NCBI GenBank assembly: GCA_051362555.1
Contig: CM120649.1
Location: 4,774,001-4,838,000, forward strand
Direction of reading: 5' to 3'
DNA length: 64,000 nt
DNA from: Lingula anatina
Lineage: Eukaryota; Animalia; Brachiopoda
Part shown: positions 62,695 to 64,000 of the stretch, piece by piece
Layout of the letters: each line of letters starts with the position of its first letter
How positions within the stretch are numbered: the stretch's first letter is position 1
The notes under the pieces: model-generated
What the model was told of the DNA's origin: nothing
Database searches by the model: none
What the model saw: the letters and a program-made list of their open reading frames with translations, nothing else
Program-made: the position numbers and the translations under genes

Positions 62695-64000
62695 ACTGAT
62701 CTCAGTTTATATACCCTAACAAGTGTTTGATGTTTTTGCAAAAAAAAAAAATTATGTATTCATCTACCTAACTCATTGTGATGTAAGACACATTTTCCTA
62801 AATAATGCCTAAAACACTTCAGATTTCTTTTGCACTTTCAGCCTCTGTCCTTTCTCAGGAGTTGCCACAGCGGAAAGCACGCCTCCACTAGTCCTGCATT
62901 TGACCCTCCTCAAAATACACTCAAAGCACTGATCATAACAAAATTTTCTCATCTTGCCTAAGTTACATCTAGCACAATGACACATCAATCACTTGAATGT
63001 TCTCACTAAATTCATCTGAACCAAACTAAAAAATTTGTTATTAAAAGAAGAATACTAAATATTAGTATGTTCAAACATTATAAAACATAAAAAATATTTC
63101 ATTCTACGAAAAAGAAAATTGTGGAAAAAGAAAAGAACAATACACTTACCACTATCAAAAATCTCACACAAAACATTCTTAGACAGCTAAGTAATCAGAT
63201 AATCTTCCTAGGCTTCCAACTTTAAAAAAATCATTACCATCTGAAAATTATCTACAAATGCATACAGCCCATGCTTCCCTGACTTCAAATGTCTGCTGCC
63301 TGTTCTGTGAGAAAATGTAATTGGTTTTTTTCGCTGTGGAAAATTCACCTGGGACTTCAGAAGAAACTAGGCCAAGGTAACTGGGTCAAGGTCGTTTTAT
63401 CTGCCCTCCTGCCCTGCAAGTGTTCTCAGCCAAGCAGTGGCTGGATGAGTTCTATCTGGATGATCAATGTCATTTTGTAAGGGAGCAACTCAAAACTGTG
63501 CAATACAGTACACAATATCTTAGAAAAAACAGATGTGCAGCAAAATTTCATTTTATAACAGTTGTTAGTAATTCACTGTCATTCCCCTGACAAGATTCAA
63601 TTTTCGGTCTTTTAATATTCATTATCTTGCCCCCCCCCCCCCCCACCACCACCACCCCTGCATTCTAGAGCAAAGGAGGAGAAATTTTAACAAATGATGT
63701 TCTGTGATAAAGCTGACACTTCTAAGATACATCACTTTTTAACATTATAAATAATATTCTTATATCTAATTTGAACCTCTGCAGCTTAACGTTTCTCTTT
63801 GTTTCTCTAATATTTTAAACCTACAAATATAATCTTCCATCAAATAAAACACATCTACAATGAAAATACTTGCAGTACTATGTCACTCAGCTGAAATGTG
63901 CCACTCTATAGCTAAAAAATAAAAGTTTTTCTCCTTACAGGCATGATCTTCACCATGGCTCCCATAGAGTAAAACTCAAGAAGAACAAGAACCTTCAGAT

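Noticed and set aside
1-64000. tRNA, rRNA, snoRNA, CRISPR or prokaryotic operon features
   Set aside because: None recognisable by eye; the sequence is spliceosomal eukaryotic DNA. An Infernal/Rfam scan would be needed to exclude small ncRNAs.

Overview
AT-rich eukaryotic genomic DNA from an invertebrate animal; a lophotrochozoan/mollusc-like source is my inference, not proven. The window is dominated by a minus-strand KDM6A/UTX-type H3K27 demethylase gene. I reconstructed 23 GT-AG exons by hand (34095 down to the stop at 8924): 4090 coding nt, about 1362 aa, with consistent phases. They encode the TPR repeats, a long Q/P/G/M/H-rich disordered region, the JmjC domain with intact H-x-E...H ligands and the C-terminal Zn domain. 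The first coding exons were not found, so 34096-64000 appears to be one intron of at least 29.9 kb. Downstream of the gene (1-6300) are an RTE 3' end, decayed L2/CR1 fragments, an intronless 193-aa orphan ORF (hydrophobic segment plus FN3-like domain) and a 2-kb non-autonomous DNA element. The introns hold many palindromic MITEs, mostly PIF/Harbinger-type with TWA target duplications, plus one Kolobok-type. Several sit end-to-end or nested. Best second-look items: the abutting MITE trains, a Harbinger derivative retaining a dead Myb/SANT start, a duplicated in-frame splice acceptor carrying a stop codon, a ~200-bp near-perfect palindrome, a phased triple DR1 at an acceptor, and the orphan ORF. 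I found no convincing evidence of a wholly new biological system.
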